NCBI GenBank assembly: GCA_937864235.1
Contig: CALMJI010000024.1
Coordinates: forward strand, 1 to 58,298
Reading direction: 5' to 3'
Source of the DNA: an uncultured bacterium
Lineage (GTDB): Bacteria > Patescibacteriota > Minisyncoccia > SW-4-49-11
Length of the DNA: 58,298 bases
A model generated the notes under the pieces. It was given only the letters and a program-made list of their open reading frames with translations. It was not told the DNA's origin and did not search any database. Each line of letters begins with the position of its first letter. Position 1 is the first letter of the stretch. Shown here one piece after another: positions 29,592-39,395 of this stretch. Both the position numbers and the translations under genes were made by a program.

Positions 29592-30164
29592 ATGGCTTAT
29601 ATAGAAAAATCTTTCAATATACCTAATAATACTGGACTATCTGAGACACAGATCCAGTTACATCTTGGCCTATATGCTGGATATGTCAAGAATACTAATA
29701 TTTTATTAGATAAAATCAATGCTCTGAAAAGTGGAGAAGATGCAGTGGTTGTATCAGAATTACAAAGACGACTAGGTTTTGAATTCGATGGAATGAGATT
29801 GCACGAATACTATTTTTCACAATTATCTGAAGGAGCTCAGGCTCTCGATATGGATTCCAAGCTGGGACAATTAATTACAACTCAATTTGGATCCTTTGAT
29901 AATTATATTGCTGATTTGAAGCGAATTGCCAGCACCAGAGGAATTGGTTGGGTGATTACTTATTATGATGCTGAAAATAACTCTCTAATCAATGTTTGGG
30001 TAGCTGATCATGAACTTGGACATCTAGCTGGGCTACCAATTGTATTTGTAATTGATTTATGGGAGCATGCCTTTATGGTAGATTATGCTCCAGCTACCAA
30101 GGCTGATTATGTCTCTACTTATCTATCAGCTATTAACTGGGAAGTTGTAGCAAAAAGAATATAA
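29592..30164 (+). CDS. Fe/Mn superoxide dismutase family protein
   Basis: LHLGLY.GYV, LHEYYF, DLWEHAF..DY. Confidence 0.85.
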   Translation: MAYIEKSFNIPNNTGLSETQIQLHLGLYAGYVKNTNILLDKINALKSGEDAVVVSELQRRLGFEFDGMRLHEYYFSQLSEGAQALDMDSKLGQLITTQFGSFDNYIADLKRIASTRGIGWVITYYDAENNSLINVWVADHELGHLAGLPIVFVIDLWEHAFMVDYAPATKADYVSTYLSAINWEVVAKRI

Positions 30165-30184
30165 ACTAAAAATTTTAGTAGATT

Positions 30185-32218
30185 ATGAACACTAATCCAC
30201 TGGTAGACTTAGATTTTAATACTCCAGAAGGTTTTATCCCTTTTGGGGAAATCCAAACATCTCATTATATTGAGGCTATTCAACATCATATAAGTATTGC
30301 CAAGAATAAAATTAAGGCTATTGAAGAATTATCAACTCCAAATTTTGAGAATACAATTGAAGCTTTGGAATATGCCACCTATGAGGTACAATATATTCAT
30401 ATTATGGCTGAGAATTTGAATTTCGCCGATACTAATCCAGAGTTGCAAGAGGTGGCTTTAAGGCTAGGTGAGATTACTACAAACTTTTGGAATGATATTT
30501 CTCTCAATAATAAACTTTTTTCACAAGTCAAGCAAGTCTATCAGAATAAGGAGAATCTAAATTTATCCACTCCTGAGCAAAAAACTTTATTAGAGGAGAC
30601 TTATTCTTTTTTTACTAGAAACGGAGCCTTATTAGATGAGCAACAAAAGCAAAAGTTACGAAAAATTGATCTACAATTATCTAATTTGTCGCAAAAATTT
30701 GGACAAAATGTCCTAGCGGAGAATAATAATTATAAATTAGTAATTACAGATAAGTCAGATTTGGCAGGAATTCCTGAGTCAATTATCAATCAATATCAGA
30801 GCAAAGATAATCCTAATGAGTGGATAGTGGATTTGTCCTACCCTTCTTACATTCCTTTTATGCAATATGCTCAGAATAGGAATTTGAGAAAAGAATTATT
30901 CCAAGCCTATAATACCAGAGGAGCTCAGGGGAATGAATACGACAATAGAGAAATTTTAAAACAAATTGCTACTCTAAGGAAAGAAAGAGCTCAATTATTA
31001 GGTTATGAGACTCATGCTGATTATGTCTTAGAAAAAAGAATGCTATCATATCCAAGCAAAGTAGAGGCTTTATTAGATCAATTATTAGAGAAAGCACTAG
31101 ACCAAGCTAAATTAGAAATTGCCGATGTAGCTCTGATTGCTAGCTCAGAAATAGATGAGCTAAGAGCTTATGATTATGCCTATTATGCCAATAAAGTTAA
31201 GCAAACTAAATATCAATTTGATGAAGAGAGAATTAGACAATATTTTCCATTAAGTCAAGTTCTAAAAGGATTATTCAATATAGCTAAAGAGTTATACGGG
31301 TTACAATTTATCTTGAGACCAGATATTCCTGGTTATAATAGGGAAGTAGAAGTTTATGAAGTGCAAGAAGCCAATGGTGAACATATTGGAACACTTTATC
31401 TTGACTTTTATCCAAGGGCAGGTAAAAAATCTGGAGCCTGGATGACAGAATTTAGATTAGCTCATATTAGAGATAACAAAACTTATACTCCACATATATC
31501 ACTAGTACTAAATTTTACTAGACCACAAGGTGAGACTCCAGCTCTGTTGACTTTGCAGGAAGTTTTGACCTTATTTCATGAATTTGGACATGGATTGCAT
31601 GGACTTCTAGGTAAGGGGAAGTATTCATCTCTTAATGGGACTAATGTCTACTGGGATTTTGTCGAATTACCATCACAATTGATGGAGAACTGGGTATATG
31701 AGCCGGAGATACTAGCTAGTATAGCCAAACATTGGCAAACAGGCGAGCCTCTATCAAGTCAGGATATAGAGATTATTCAGGCTGTATCATCCTTTCATGA
31801 AGCAGCAGCTACTGTGAGACAAATTAGATTTGGGAAATTAGATTTAGCTTGGCATTATAATACTAGAGAATTTAGTCCATTGGATGTGAATACTCTGGAA
31901 GAGGAAATCAATCAAAGCACAGCTCTATTCCCAGCTGAGGATGGAGTCTTGCTTAGTTCCTCCTTTACTCATATTTTTGATGGAGGCTATTCAGCTGGAT
32001 ATTATAGCTATAAATATTCCGAATTATTAGATGCCGATGCCTTTGAATATTTCTTATCTCAAGGTAAAGTCTTAGATTCTACCATAGGAGCAAAATTCAG
32101 AGAACATATACTATCCAAAGGCGGATCCGAACATCCAATGACTTTATATAAAAGATTTCGAGGTCAAGAACCAAGTATGGATGCTCTCTTAAGACGCTTA
32201 GCTAAGTCAACTAAGTAG
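30185..32218 (+). CDS. M3-family metallopeptidase (Dcp/oligopeptidase A-like)
   Basis: FHEFGH, WDFVELPSQLMENW, SFTHIF.GGYSAGYYSYK. Confidence 0.93.
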   Translation: MNTNPLVDLDFNTPEGFIPFGEIQTSHYIEAIQHHISIAKNKIKAIEELSTPNFENTIEALEYATYEVQYIHIMAENLNFADTNPELQEVALRLGEITTNFWNDISLNNKLFSQVKQVYQNKENLNLSTPEQKTLLEETYSFFTRNGALLDEQQKQKLRKIDLQLSNLSQKFGQNVLAENNNYKLVITDKSDLAGIPESIINQYQSKDNPNEWIVDLSYPSYIPFMQYAQNRNLRKELFQAYNTRGAQGNEYDNREILKQIATLRKERAQLLGYETHADYVLEKRMLSYPSKVEALLDQLLEKALDQAKLEIADVALIASSEIDELRAYDYAYYANKVKQTKYQFDEERIRQYFPLSQVLKGLFNIAKELYGLQFILRPDIPGYNREVEVYEVQEANGEHIGTLYLDFYPRAGKKSGAWMTEFRLAHIRDNKTYTPHISLVLNFTRPQGETPALLTLQEVLTLFHEFGHGLHGLLGKGKYSSLNGTNVYWDFVELPSQLMENWVYEPEILASIAKHWQTGEPLSSQDIEIIQAVSSFHEAAATVRQIRFGKLDLAWHYNTREFSPLDVNTLEEEINQSTALFPAEDGVLLSSSFTHIFDGGYSAGYYSYKYSELLDADAFEYFLSQGKVLDSTIGAKFREHILSKGGSEHPMTLYKRFRGQEPSMDALLRRLAKSTK

Positions 32219-32275
32219 ATTAATTAAAACTTTGCCTCTCATATATTGTTTGGGTGTGGTAGTTCTTTTGTATTA

Positions 32276-32331
32276 GTAGGAGTGACTTTTCAGTCGCCCC
32301 TACGAAAAAATGTAGGGATAAACACTCTACA
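32276..32331. repeat. GTAG-type REP-like palindrome
   Basis: gtaggagtgacttttcagtcgcccctac, then hairpin atgtagggataaacactctacat. Confidence 0.6.
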
Positions 32332-32357
32332 TTACGAAAAAAAAGTTGGCAATTTAC

Positions 32358-32927
32358 CTACCTCAACACAGCAAAATATAATAATACTCCCCACAATCCA
32401 AACCACAAGGCTAAGCTAATAGCCCAAGTATTAAAGGATTTAATGGGGAATTGGATAAATCCTTGTCTGCGATTAATGTCAACCAAAGTAGCAGAAGCAA
32501 GAGTGGCTGAGACACAAGATAAAATACACCAAGGACAAACCGCTCCAATTTCAAAAAAGGCCAGATAAGTCCAGACATATGATATTATTACCGCTGGTAT
32601 GGTGATTGACAGAGCAATTAGCATAAAAGCTTTGGATAATTTTTTATGAGTAAGTAAATATAATACAGTCAACCAAGCCATAGGCCAGCCCATTAAGCCA
32701 AGCCAAGAATTCGGAAAGCCAAACATAGTGGCATATTGACTATTCATTACCTTACCACAGTCAATCCAAGCATTTATACTACAACCAGGAGTATAAAGAG
32801 GATTATTAAGAATCATAAACTTTTCATAACTAATTGTAAAAGCCGCCCAAAAGCCCGTTATTGAAAATAGTAATAGGATTATAGTATAAGGATAATTATT
32901 TTTTAGGTTAGTTATAATATTTTTCAC
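32358..32927 (-). CDS. VKOR-family disulfide-formation membrane protein
   Basis: CSINAWIDC, S..A.MFG.PN..LG, CPWC, 5 TMs. Confidence 0.85.
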   Translation of the reverse strand: MKNIITNLKNNYPYTIILLLFSITGFWAAFTISYEKFMILNNPLYTPGCSINAWIDCGKVMNSQYATMFGFPNSWLGLMGWPMAWLTVLYLLTHKKLSKAFMLIALSITIPAVIISYVWTYLAFFEIGAVCPWCILSCVSATLASATLVDINRRQGFIQFPIKSFNTWAISLALWFGLWGVLLYFAVLR

Positions 32928-33055
32928 AATAGTATGTTATTTAGATATATTTCTATTATAGCCTATAGTATTGTTTATAACAAGACAAAAGCTTGAAAAA
33001 AAGTCGTTTTAATGCTATAATTGATAACATTACTATTGATAAACAAGTATAATTT

Positions 33056-34324
33056 ATGAAAATTACGAAAAAAGATTTACCTAAGTCACAGGTAGAGTTG
33101 ACTATACAGATTGAACAGGACGAGATGGTAAAATATATTGACCAGACAACAGCTAGATTGGCTAAGAAAATTATCGTTCCTGGGTTTAGAAAAGGGGAGG
33201 CTCCCAAAGAGTTAGTAGCTAAGCAAATTCATCCTACTGATTTATTGAATGAAACATTCGAATATGCTATCAATGAGTCTTATAAAAAAGCAATTGAACA
33301 AGAAAATATATCTCCATTAGCTAGCCCAGAGATCAAATTATCAGAAGAAGCTTCTCAAGATAATCTAGAATATACCGCTATTATTAGTATAATGCCAGAG
33401 ATAAAACTACCGGATTATAAAAAATTAGTAGCTAAAATCACTAAAGAAGACGAAGATATTACTGACAAAGATGTAGAAGAAGCCAAAAAATATTTGCAAA
33501 AATCTCGTGGTACTCAGAATATAGTAGATCGAGCAGCTCAAAAAGGAGATACTGTCAGTCTAGATTATTTCTTGACAGTAGATAAAAAAGAGTTTGATAA
33601 ATCTGAGAAAATGCCAGTTGAGATCGGAGCTGATAAATTCATACCTGGTTTTGAAGATGAGGTAATTGGACTTAAGGCTGGAGATAAAAAAGAATTTGAT
33701 ATCAAATTCCCAGATGAGTATCATAATAAGGATATAGCTGGTAAAATGGGACATTTTGCCATTACAGTTAATGATGTGCAAGAAGTTGTTCTCCCAGATT
33801 GGAATGATGATTTTGCCAAAGTTTTAAGTAATGGGGAGAAAACTATTGCTGACTTGGAAGCTAGCTTAAAAGAAGGTCTTATTGCTGAGAGAAAAAATGA
33901 AATCCAGACTAATTATACCCAGGCTGTAGTAGATGCAATATTAGCTAAAATTAAAGTAGAATTACCAGATGTTTTGGTAATCTCAGAGAGAGATAAGTTA
34001 ATTCAGGAGATGGAGCAGAGAGCTTTATATTCAGGACATACTCTTGATGATGCTCTGGATCAGGCTGGTAAAACCAGAGAAAAGTTACTAGAAGAGGCAA
34101 TACCACAAGCTGAATCTAGAGTAAAATTAATGTTATTGCTAAGAGCTATTGCCGAGGAACAGAATTTCGAAGTAGATGAGAAAGAGGTAGAGCATAGAAT
34201 TCATCATATTTTGGAGAGATATTCTGATAAGGATAAGAAAAATATTGATATGGAGAGATTGAATCTTATAGTTAAATCTGAAATCACAGATAAGATGGCT
34301 TTGGATTATCTTGGTAATTTGTAA
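33056..34324 (+). CDS. tig: Trigger factor
   Basis: VPGFRKGEAP, FIPGFEDEV.G, F.IKFPDEY; promoter TTGAAA-N17-TATAAT at 32993-33021. Confidence 0.95.
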   Translation: MKITKKDLPKSQVELTIQIEQDEMVKYIDQTTARLAKKIIVPGFRKGEAPKELVAKQIHPTDLLNETFEYAINESYKKAIEQENISPLASPEIKLSEEASQDNLEYTAIISIMPEIKLPDYKKLVAKITKEDEDITDKDVEEAKKYLQKSRGTQNIVDRAAQKGDTVSLDYFLTVDKKEFDKSEKMPVEIGADKFIPGFEDEVIGLKAGDKKEFDIKFPDEYHNKDIAGKMGHFAITVNDVQEVVLPDWNDDFAKVLSNGEKTIADLEASLKEGLIAERKNEIQTNYTQAVVDAILAKIKVELPDVLVISERDKLIQEMEQRALYSGHTLDDALDQAGKTREKLLEEAIPQAESRVKLMLLLRAIAEEQNFEVDEKEVEHRIHHILERYSDKDKKNIDMERLNLIVKSEITDKMALDYLGNL

Positions 34325-34378
34325 TTTTAGAATAAAGTACTAGTACGGTAGAAAGGAGGACAGTTGATTCAAGCTTTT

Positions 34379-34541
34379 TGTCTCCCTTTGGAGGGAGTCC
34401 CCGTAGGAGGAAGGTGGATTAAACTTTGTAACTTGTATTTTTCTCCTCCTTCGGAGGGGGAATCCTGAAAGTCTGAGAAAGGGGGACAGAAGATAAAAAA
34501 GACAAAAACTGAAATACGGGCGACTGAAAGGTCGCCCCTAC
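34379..34541. repeat. REP-like repeat cluster
   Basis: tgtctccctttggagggagtccccgtaggaggaaggtggatt (near-identical to 15-55), second unit 34441-34488, GTAG-type unit 34515-34541. Confidence 0.8.
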
Positions 34542-34644
34542 GAATAGAAGATGGCATAACTCGCAACTTATCTACGATCTAGCAATCTAGTACAACATTT
34601 ATTTTACAAATAGTCAAATATTGTATATAATATAAAAACAGTAA

Positions 34645-34718
34645 GCGCGTATAGCTCAGTTGGTTAGAGCGCATCCTTGACGTGGATGAGGTCAATGGTT
34701 CGAATCCATTTATGCGCA
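34645..34718 (+). tRNA. tRNA-Val(GAC)
   Basis: GCGCGTA/TATGCGC acceptor, CATCC-TTGACGT-GGATG anticodon arm, AATGG-TTCGAAT-CCATT T arm; CCA not encoded; promoter TTTACA-N17-TATAAT at 34603-34631. Confidence 0.95.
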
Positions 34719-34720
34719 CT

Positions 34721-36151
34721 ATGAAAAATATAATACCAAATCTTAGTCTATCTATTCAGATAGGTTTATTAATTGGAGCTTTGTTAGGCTCTTTTTTTGT
34801 TTTACAATCGGTTTGGGTCATAGCAACTATTCCTTTTGTAATTATAATATATTGGCTATATAGGGATATTAGATTATTAATGTTAATTTCCTTTACGGTT
34901 TCTATGATTGTCTTTGGCTACTATATCAATCATATTATTGCTCATTATAATCGAATTCAGATCAATATCCCGAAGAAATTGGAAAATACTAGTATAATTA
35001 TTGAATCTAGTGCAAAGGTACAAAAATTGGGTTATCAATATAAAGTTTACATCCCAGAATATAAGGCTAGAGCTTTTATGACTATTGATAATCAAAATTT
35101 GGAATACGGGAATAAATTAGAAATTAATGCTAAAACTTCTATTCCTGAGGAAATTGGTATTAGAAGATTTTTATTAGGAAAAAATATACATATTTATATG
35201 ATAGTATCTAAATATCAGATATTAGATTCAATTCAATGCCAGTTACAATGCCAAGTCATCAAGTCAATTGCCAGTCTTCGGAATATAATTCTAGTTAGAA
35301 TTGATGAGGCTTATCCAAATCAGGTAGGTGAGTTTTTGAAAGGCATTCTGATTGGTTATACGGATACATTACCGGCAGATATTAAGGATTCTTTTAAGAG
35401 AACTGGAGTTAGTCATATATTGGCAGTATCAGGTTATAATATGGCTATTATTGTGATGTTAGTCTATCAGCAACTGATTAATAGACAAGTGTCTCGTCCA
35501 ATTTCCTTTTGGGTGACTATTATAGTTATGATTCTGTTTACTATTTTGACTGGAGCTGAGGCTTCTATTATGAGAGCTGGAATTTTTGCCGCACTTATAT
35601 TGGGAGCAGAACAGATTCAGAGATATGTAGGAGGTATAAGACCATTAATATTATGTGCTACTATTTTGGTTATAATCAATCCTTTTTATATAGCTTATGA
35701 TATAGGATTTCAGCTTTCTTTTTTGGCAGTAATTGGACTTCTTATTTATGGACAAATTTTTAAAACTTATACTGAAGGTATTCCTAGTTTAGGGTTTTTA
35801 CCAATGATAGGGGAGACTTTTTTTGCTCAACTTCTGGTATTGCCAATTTTAATTTATTATTTTGGCCAGATTTCTATTATTTCAATTTTGGCTAATATTC
35901 TGATTGTCCCTATTATTCCTTTGGCTATGGCTTGGGGTAGTATTACTAGCCTATTTTTGAATTTGTCAATTTTTACTTATCCTTTGGTTGTTATAATACA
36001 ATTAGTATTAAGTGTGAATCAATACTTAGCTAATATTAGTTGGGCTAGTATAAATACACCCAAAATATCCGAATTTATGGTAATATTAATATATATTATA
36101 TTTGCCTTATTGTATTTTTGGTATAAAAATTCTAAGAAATATGAAAATTAA
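34721..36151 (+). CDS. comEC: ComEC/Rec2 competence channel (OB plus membrane domain)
   Basis: TGVSHILAVSGYN, TGAEASIMRA, DIGFQLSFLA; start moved to ATG 34721 because 34682 lies inside the tRNA. Confidence 0.9.
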   Translation: MKNIIPNLSLSIQIGLLIGALLGSFFVLQSVWVIATIPFVIIIYWLYRDIRLLMLISFTVSMIVFGYYINHIIAHYNRIQINIPKKLENTSIIIESSAKVQKLGYQYKVYIPEYKARAFMTIDNQNLEYGNKLEINAKTSIPEEIGIRRFLLGKNIHIYMIVSKYQILDSIQCQLQCQVIKSIASLRNIILVRIDEAYPNQVGEFLKGILIGYTDTLPADIKDSFKRTGVSHILAVSGYNMAIIVMLVYQQLINRQVSRPISFWVTIIVMILFTILTGAEASIMRAGIFAALILGAEQIQRYVGGIRPLILCATILVIINPFYIAYDIGFQLSFLAVIGLLIYGQIFKTYTEGIPSLGFLPMIGETFFAQLLVLPILIYYFGQISIISILANILIVPIIPLAMAWGSITSLFLNLSIFTYPLVVIIQLVLSVNQYLANISWASINTPKISEFMVILIYIIFALLYFWYKNSKKYEN

Positions 36152-36968
36152 AATTATAATATTTATCATTAGTTTCATAATATTCATAGCTGGATATAGA
36201 GAGTATAATCTTTTATTTAATTCAAAAGATAAAATTACTTTTCTCAATGTAGGGCAGGGAGATTCTAGTTTGATTACTTCCAAAAGAGGGCATAGAATTA
36301 TTGTAGATTGTGGACCAAATTCCAAAATCACTGACCAATTAGAGTCAAAATTAGGTTTTTGGGCTCGTCGTATTGATATGATTATAATCACACACGGAGA
36401 CAAAGACCATTATGGAGGATGTCGAGATATAATTGAGAAATATAAAGTTGGCAAGGTGATGATTAATGGAGTTTTTGACTCCAAAAATCAAGATTATAAG
36501 TCATTATTGGAATTGATTCAAGCTAAGGAAATTCAGATTTTACCATCAATAAAAGACACCTATATTACTCTTGGGGATAGTATAGAATTGCATTTACTCA
36601 ATCCACAAAACAATCTCTGGGAGCAGGATATTCGAGATGATAACTCAGAGTCAATAGTTATGTTATTAAGAAGTGCTAAGAATAGTATTTTATTGACCGG
36701 AGATGCGGATGAGGCTACAGAAGGCAAAATTTTATCACAATACCCTCAATTAGATGTGAATATACTCAAGGCCGGACATCATGGAAGCAAAACTTCAACT
36801 TCAGATAAATTATTAGATGCCATCACTCCTCAACAAGTAATTATATCAGCAGGAGCAAACAATTCTTATAATCATCCACATCCAGATATTATAAATAAAA
36901 TCAAAAAAAGGAATATAAGAATTCAGGAAGTTAAAAACTATATGACAGGTATTGACATTTTGTTATAA
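36141..36968 (+). CDS. ComEC-type metallo-beta-lactamase-fold nuclease (separate gene)
   Basis: FLNVGQGDS, THGDKDH.GG, LTGDA, AGHHGS, YNHP; N-terminal TM. Confidence 0.88.
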   Translation: MKIKIIIFIISFIIFIAGYREYNLLFNSKDKITFLNVGQGDSSLITSKRGHRIIVDCGPNSKITDQLESKLGFWARRIDMIIITHGDKDHYGGCRDIIEKYKVGKVMINGVFDSKNQDYKSLLELIQAKEIQILPSIKDTYITLGDSIELHLLNPQNNLWEQDIRDDNSESIVMLLRSAKNSILLTGDADEATEGKILSQYPQLDVNILKAGHHGSKTSTSDKLLDAITPQQVIISAGANNSYNHPHPDIINKIKKRNIRIQEVKNYMTGIDILL

Positions 36969-37012
36969 ATATAGTACTATGATAAAACTTGTTAACATTT
37001 TATTTTAATTAT

Positions 37013-37777
37013 ATGGAAGAACAATTATTACTAAAACTCCGCTCTCTAGGTTTCTCAGATAAAGAATCTAAGGTTTATTTGGCCTCACTTAAATTAGGTT
37101 CTGCTCCAATTCAAAAAATCGCTAAATTAGCCAATGTTAATCGAGCTACTACTTATGTTGTGGTACAAGGATTTATGGACCGAAGCCTTATGAGCTCTTA
37201 TACTAAGGGTAAAAAGAGATTATTCACTCCAGAGTCTCCTGATAAAATTTCAGCTATAATTAAAGCTTATAAAGTCAAAATAGAGGCTAAAGAGAATACT
37301 ATTAATGAAATTTTACCAGCTTTAAGTGATTTATATGATACTACTCAAGGTGGTAAAAGACCTCAAGTCAAATTCTATGAAGGTAAATCAGGTCTTAATG
37401 CAGTCAGAGAGGAAGTCTTGAAAACCAAGTCTAAGGAGGCTTTTAGTATTTTTAATTTAGATTCTCTGGAAGGGGTTTTTACGGCGGAGGAAAGAGCAGC
37501 TTTTACCAAAAAGCGAATTACTAAAAAAGTAAGTACACATTCTATTTATTCCTCCAGTAAGGGAGATATTCTGACAGATTCTAAATTAGATAGAAGTTTA
37601 TATAAATATATTGATAAGTCAAAATATAATTCTCCAATTGATATTACTGTCTTTGATGATAATTTAGCTATTACTTCATTTAAAGAGCCTATGATGTCAG
37701 TAATTATACAAAATGAATCAATCGCTAATGCTATTAGGCAAATTTTAACTTTAGTCGAAAAATCAGATACTAAATAA
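37013..37777 (+). CDS. TrmB-family transcriptional regulator
   Basis: LGFSDKESKVYLASL..G......IAK.A.VNR.TTY wHTH, KFYEG..G, PLD-like C-terminus; promoter TTGACA-N17-TACTAT at 36952-36980. Confidence 0.82.
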   Translation: MEEQLLLKLRSLGFSDKESKVYLASLKLGSAPIQKIAKLANVNRATTYVVVQGFMDRSLMSSYTKGKKRLFTPESPDKISAIIKAYKVKIEAKENTINEILPALSDLYDTTQGGKRPQVKFYEGKSGLNAVREEVLKTKSKEAFSIFNLDSLEGVFTAEERAAFTKKRITKKVSTHSIYSSSKGDILTDSKLDRSLYKYIDKSKYNSPIDITVFDDNLAITSFKEPMMSVIIQNESIANAIRQILTLVEKSDTK

Positions 37778-37888
37778 AAAGTCGAGAGCCGAAATAACAT
37801 AGTTATTCGGCTCCAAGTTGGGGGGTTTAATTGTAGAGGCATCAGTTCGACATTTTGAACTCCTACCCTAAGCGGGTATAGGGTTAAC
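37776..37888 (-). ncRNA. Candidate ~110-nt small RNA
   Basis: TTGACA-N17-TATCTT with TG at 37923-37895 on the minus strand, two internal hairpins, then hairpin plus U-run. Confidence 0.35.
37786..37813. terminator. Terminator hairpin after the TrmB-like gene
   Basis: gagccgaaataac-ata-gttattcggctc with an A-run on its left (U-run for the minus strand). Confidence 0.7.
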
Positions 37889-37981
37889 AACTATAAGATA
37901 ACATAAAAATTGAATCTTGTCAAATTTTTGTACGAGATGAGGTTATCGTCGACAAAAGGGATTATATACATTACTAGTAAT

Positions 37982-38108
37982 TGTCCTCCTTTGGAGGAGG
38001 TGGTCACTGTCGTATTTATACGGGAGTGGCCGGAGGTGGTGGATTGAGTTCTAGTTTATGTTTTGTCCACCCTCCCCCTACGGGTACTCCCTCCTAAGGG
38101 AGACAAAA
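37982..38108. repeat. Inverted pair of REP-like repeats
   Basis: tgtcctcctttggaggagg...ggaggtggtggattgag and tccaccctccccctacgggtactccctcctaagggagacaaaa (reverse complement of the family consensus). Confidence 0.8.
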
Positions 38109-38212
38109 TTAAGAACTCTTTTTATAACTATATAAACTACGATAAAGTATCACCTCACAACTCACAACTTGTCTACGATGTATCTCATCTTATTCAATTT
38201 TTTGTAAGAAAT

Positions 38213-38244
38213 CTAAAAGGAGAGACATTTGTCTCTCCTTTTAG
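38213..38244 (-). terminator. Intrinsic terminator after rplT
   Basis: ctaaaaggagagac-attt-gtctctccttttag, perfect 14-bp stem. Confidence 0.8.
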
Positions 38245-38257
38245 GTTAGTAATAATA

Positions 38258-38599
38258 CTATTTAGTGGACTCTACAATATGAGTAAAAACTTGTGGTTTA
38301 TATTCAGCTAAATAAGCTAAACTCTTTCTATCAAGCTCTACATTAGCTTTATTGAGATTATTAATCAGTCTGCTATAGGCAACTCCATTAGCTCGGCTAG
38401 CAGCATTAATTTTGGTTTGCCATAATACTCGCTTATCTCGCTTTTTATTCCGTCTATCTCGATAAGTATAGCTCCAAGCATGCAATAAGGCTTCTTTAGC
38501 AGCTCTAAAGTTAGTTTTTCTTCGCCATTGAAAACCTTTTGCATATTGCAATAGATTTTTTCTTCTTTTACTTGCGGTTACTCCTCGTTTAATTCTCAT
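38258..38599 (-). CDS. rplT: 50S ribosomal protein L20
   Basis: MRIKRG, AKGF, YRDRRNKKR..R.LW..KINAA, DRK.LA. Confidence 0.96.
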   Translation of the reverse strand: MRIKRGVTASKRRKNLLQYAKGFQWRRKTNFRAAKEALLHAWSYTYRDRRNKKRDKRVLWQTKINAASRANGVAYSRLINNLNKANVELDRKSLAYLAEYKPQVFTHIVESTK

Positions 38600-38616
38600 A
38601 ATATCGTCTTAAATTC

Positions 38617-38808
38617 TTATTGATTCAATACTCTCTTAAGTTTCTTGATTGAGGTATCAATAATCTGAGTCTTTCTTTTGGATCTTCTAGAATCTCCAGA
38701 TTGCTTAGCTAAAAAGTGATTTTGAGCTACTTTTCTAGCTATCACTTTGTCAGTTTTGGTCAAAGTAATTCTTTTGGATAATGATTTACGAGTCTTGAGC
38801 TTAGGCAT
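38617..38808 (-). CDS. rpmI: 50S ribosomal protein L35
   Basis: MPKLKTRKS..KRI..T.T.K, H...KQ; between infC and rplT. Confidence 0.9.
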   Translation of the reverse strand: MPKLKTRKSLSKRITLTKTDKVIARKVAQNHFLAKQSGDSRRSKRKTQIIDTSIKKLKRVLNQ

Positions 38809-38861
38809 ATATTCAGATTATAAATTAAATTCTCAATTTGATGATATAGATTTTAGCATAA

Positions 38862-39395
38862 TTAAATCTTTTTTGCAAGTATTACACTAAATCCTTGAGG
38901 AGATTTTTTTAATTCTTGTTCTAGACGGATATTTTCAGGTAAATTATTGAGTATATTTCGCATTTTTATCCCAGCTTGTTCAGCAAAGGCTTTTTCTCTA
39001 CCTCTTAGGTACATATCTAATTTTACTTTATGTCCTTGATCTAAAAACTTATATGTCTGCTTTAACTTCACTTCTAAATCATGAGGTTCAATCTTGAAGC
39101 CAATTCTGAGGGCTTTCAATTCTACTTTCTTTTGCTTGGCTTTATGTAGTCTTTGTTGTTTGGATTGAGTATATAAGAATTTACCATAATTCATAATCTT
39201 ACATACTGGAGGTTTACTATCTGGAGCTATTTCTACTAAATCTAATTCAGCTTCTTTGGCTTGTTTTAAGGCTTCTTGTAAACTCACTACTCCTATCATT
39301 TTACCAGTAGCATCTACGAGTCTCACCTCTGGGCTAGTAATATTATTGTTAATTCTTTGATTTGTTTTTGATGAGGGCTTGGCTTGTTGTGACAT
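38862..39395 (-). CDS. infC: Translation initiation factor IF-3
   Basis: RIN..I...EVRLVD, LDLVEI.P...PPVCKIMNYGKF, I..HDL.VK, RGRE. Confidence 0.95.
   Translation of the reverse strand: MSQQAKPSSKTNQRINNNITSPEVRLVDATGKMIGVVSLQEALKQAKEAELDLVEIAPDSKPPVCKIMNYGKFLYTQSKQQRLHKAKQKKVELKALRIGFKIEPHDLEVKLKQTYKFLDQGHKVKLDMYLRGREKAFAEQAGIKMRNILNNLPENIRLEQELKKSPQGFSVILAKKI

Noticed and set aside
34682-34720. ORF-track start of comEC
   Set aside because: Lies inside tRNA-Val; ATG 34721 is preferred
37830-37875. Fluoride riboswitch (GGAGUUC...CUGAUG.CUCUAC resemblance)
   Set aside because: The P1 stem cannot form and there is no downstream gene to regulate
38127-38185. Short 7-mer tandem words (ctcacaa; also tcataat at 43267 and similar at 34560)
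   Set aside because: Only two to three copies each, always beside REP-like clusters; treated as part of those clusters, not a separate system
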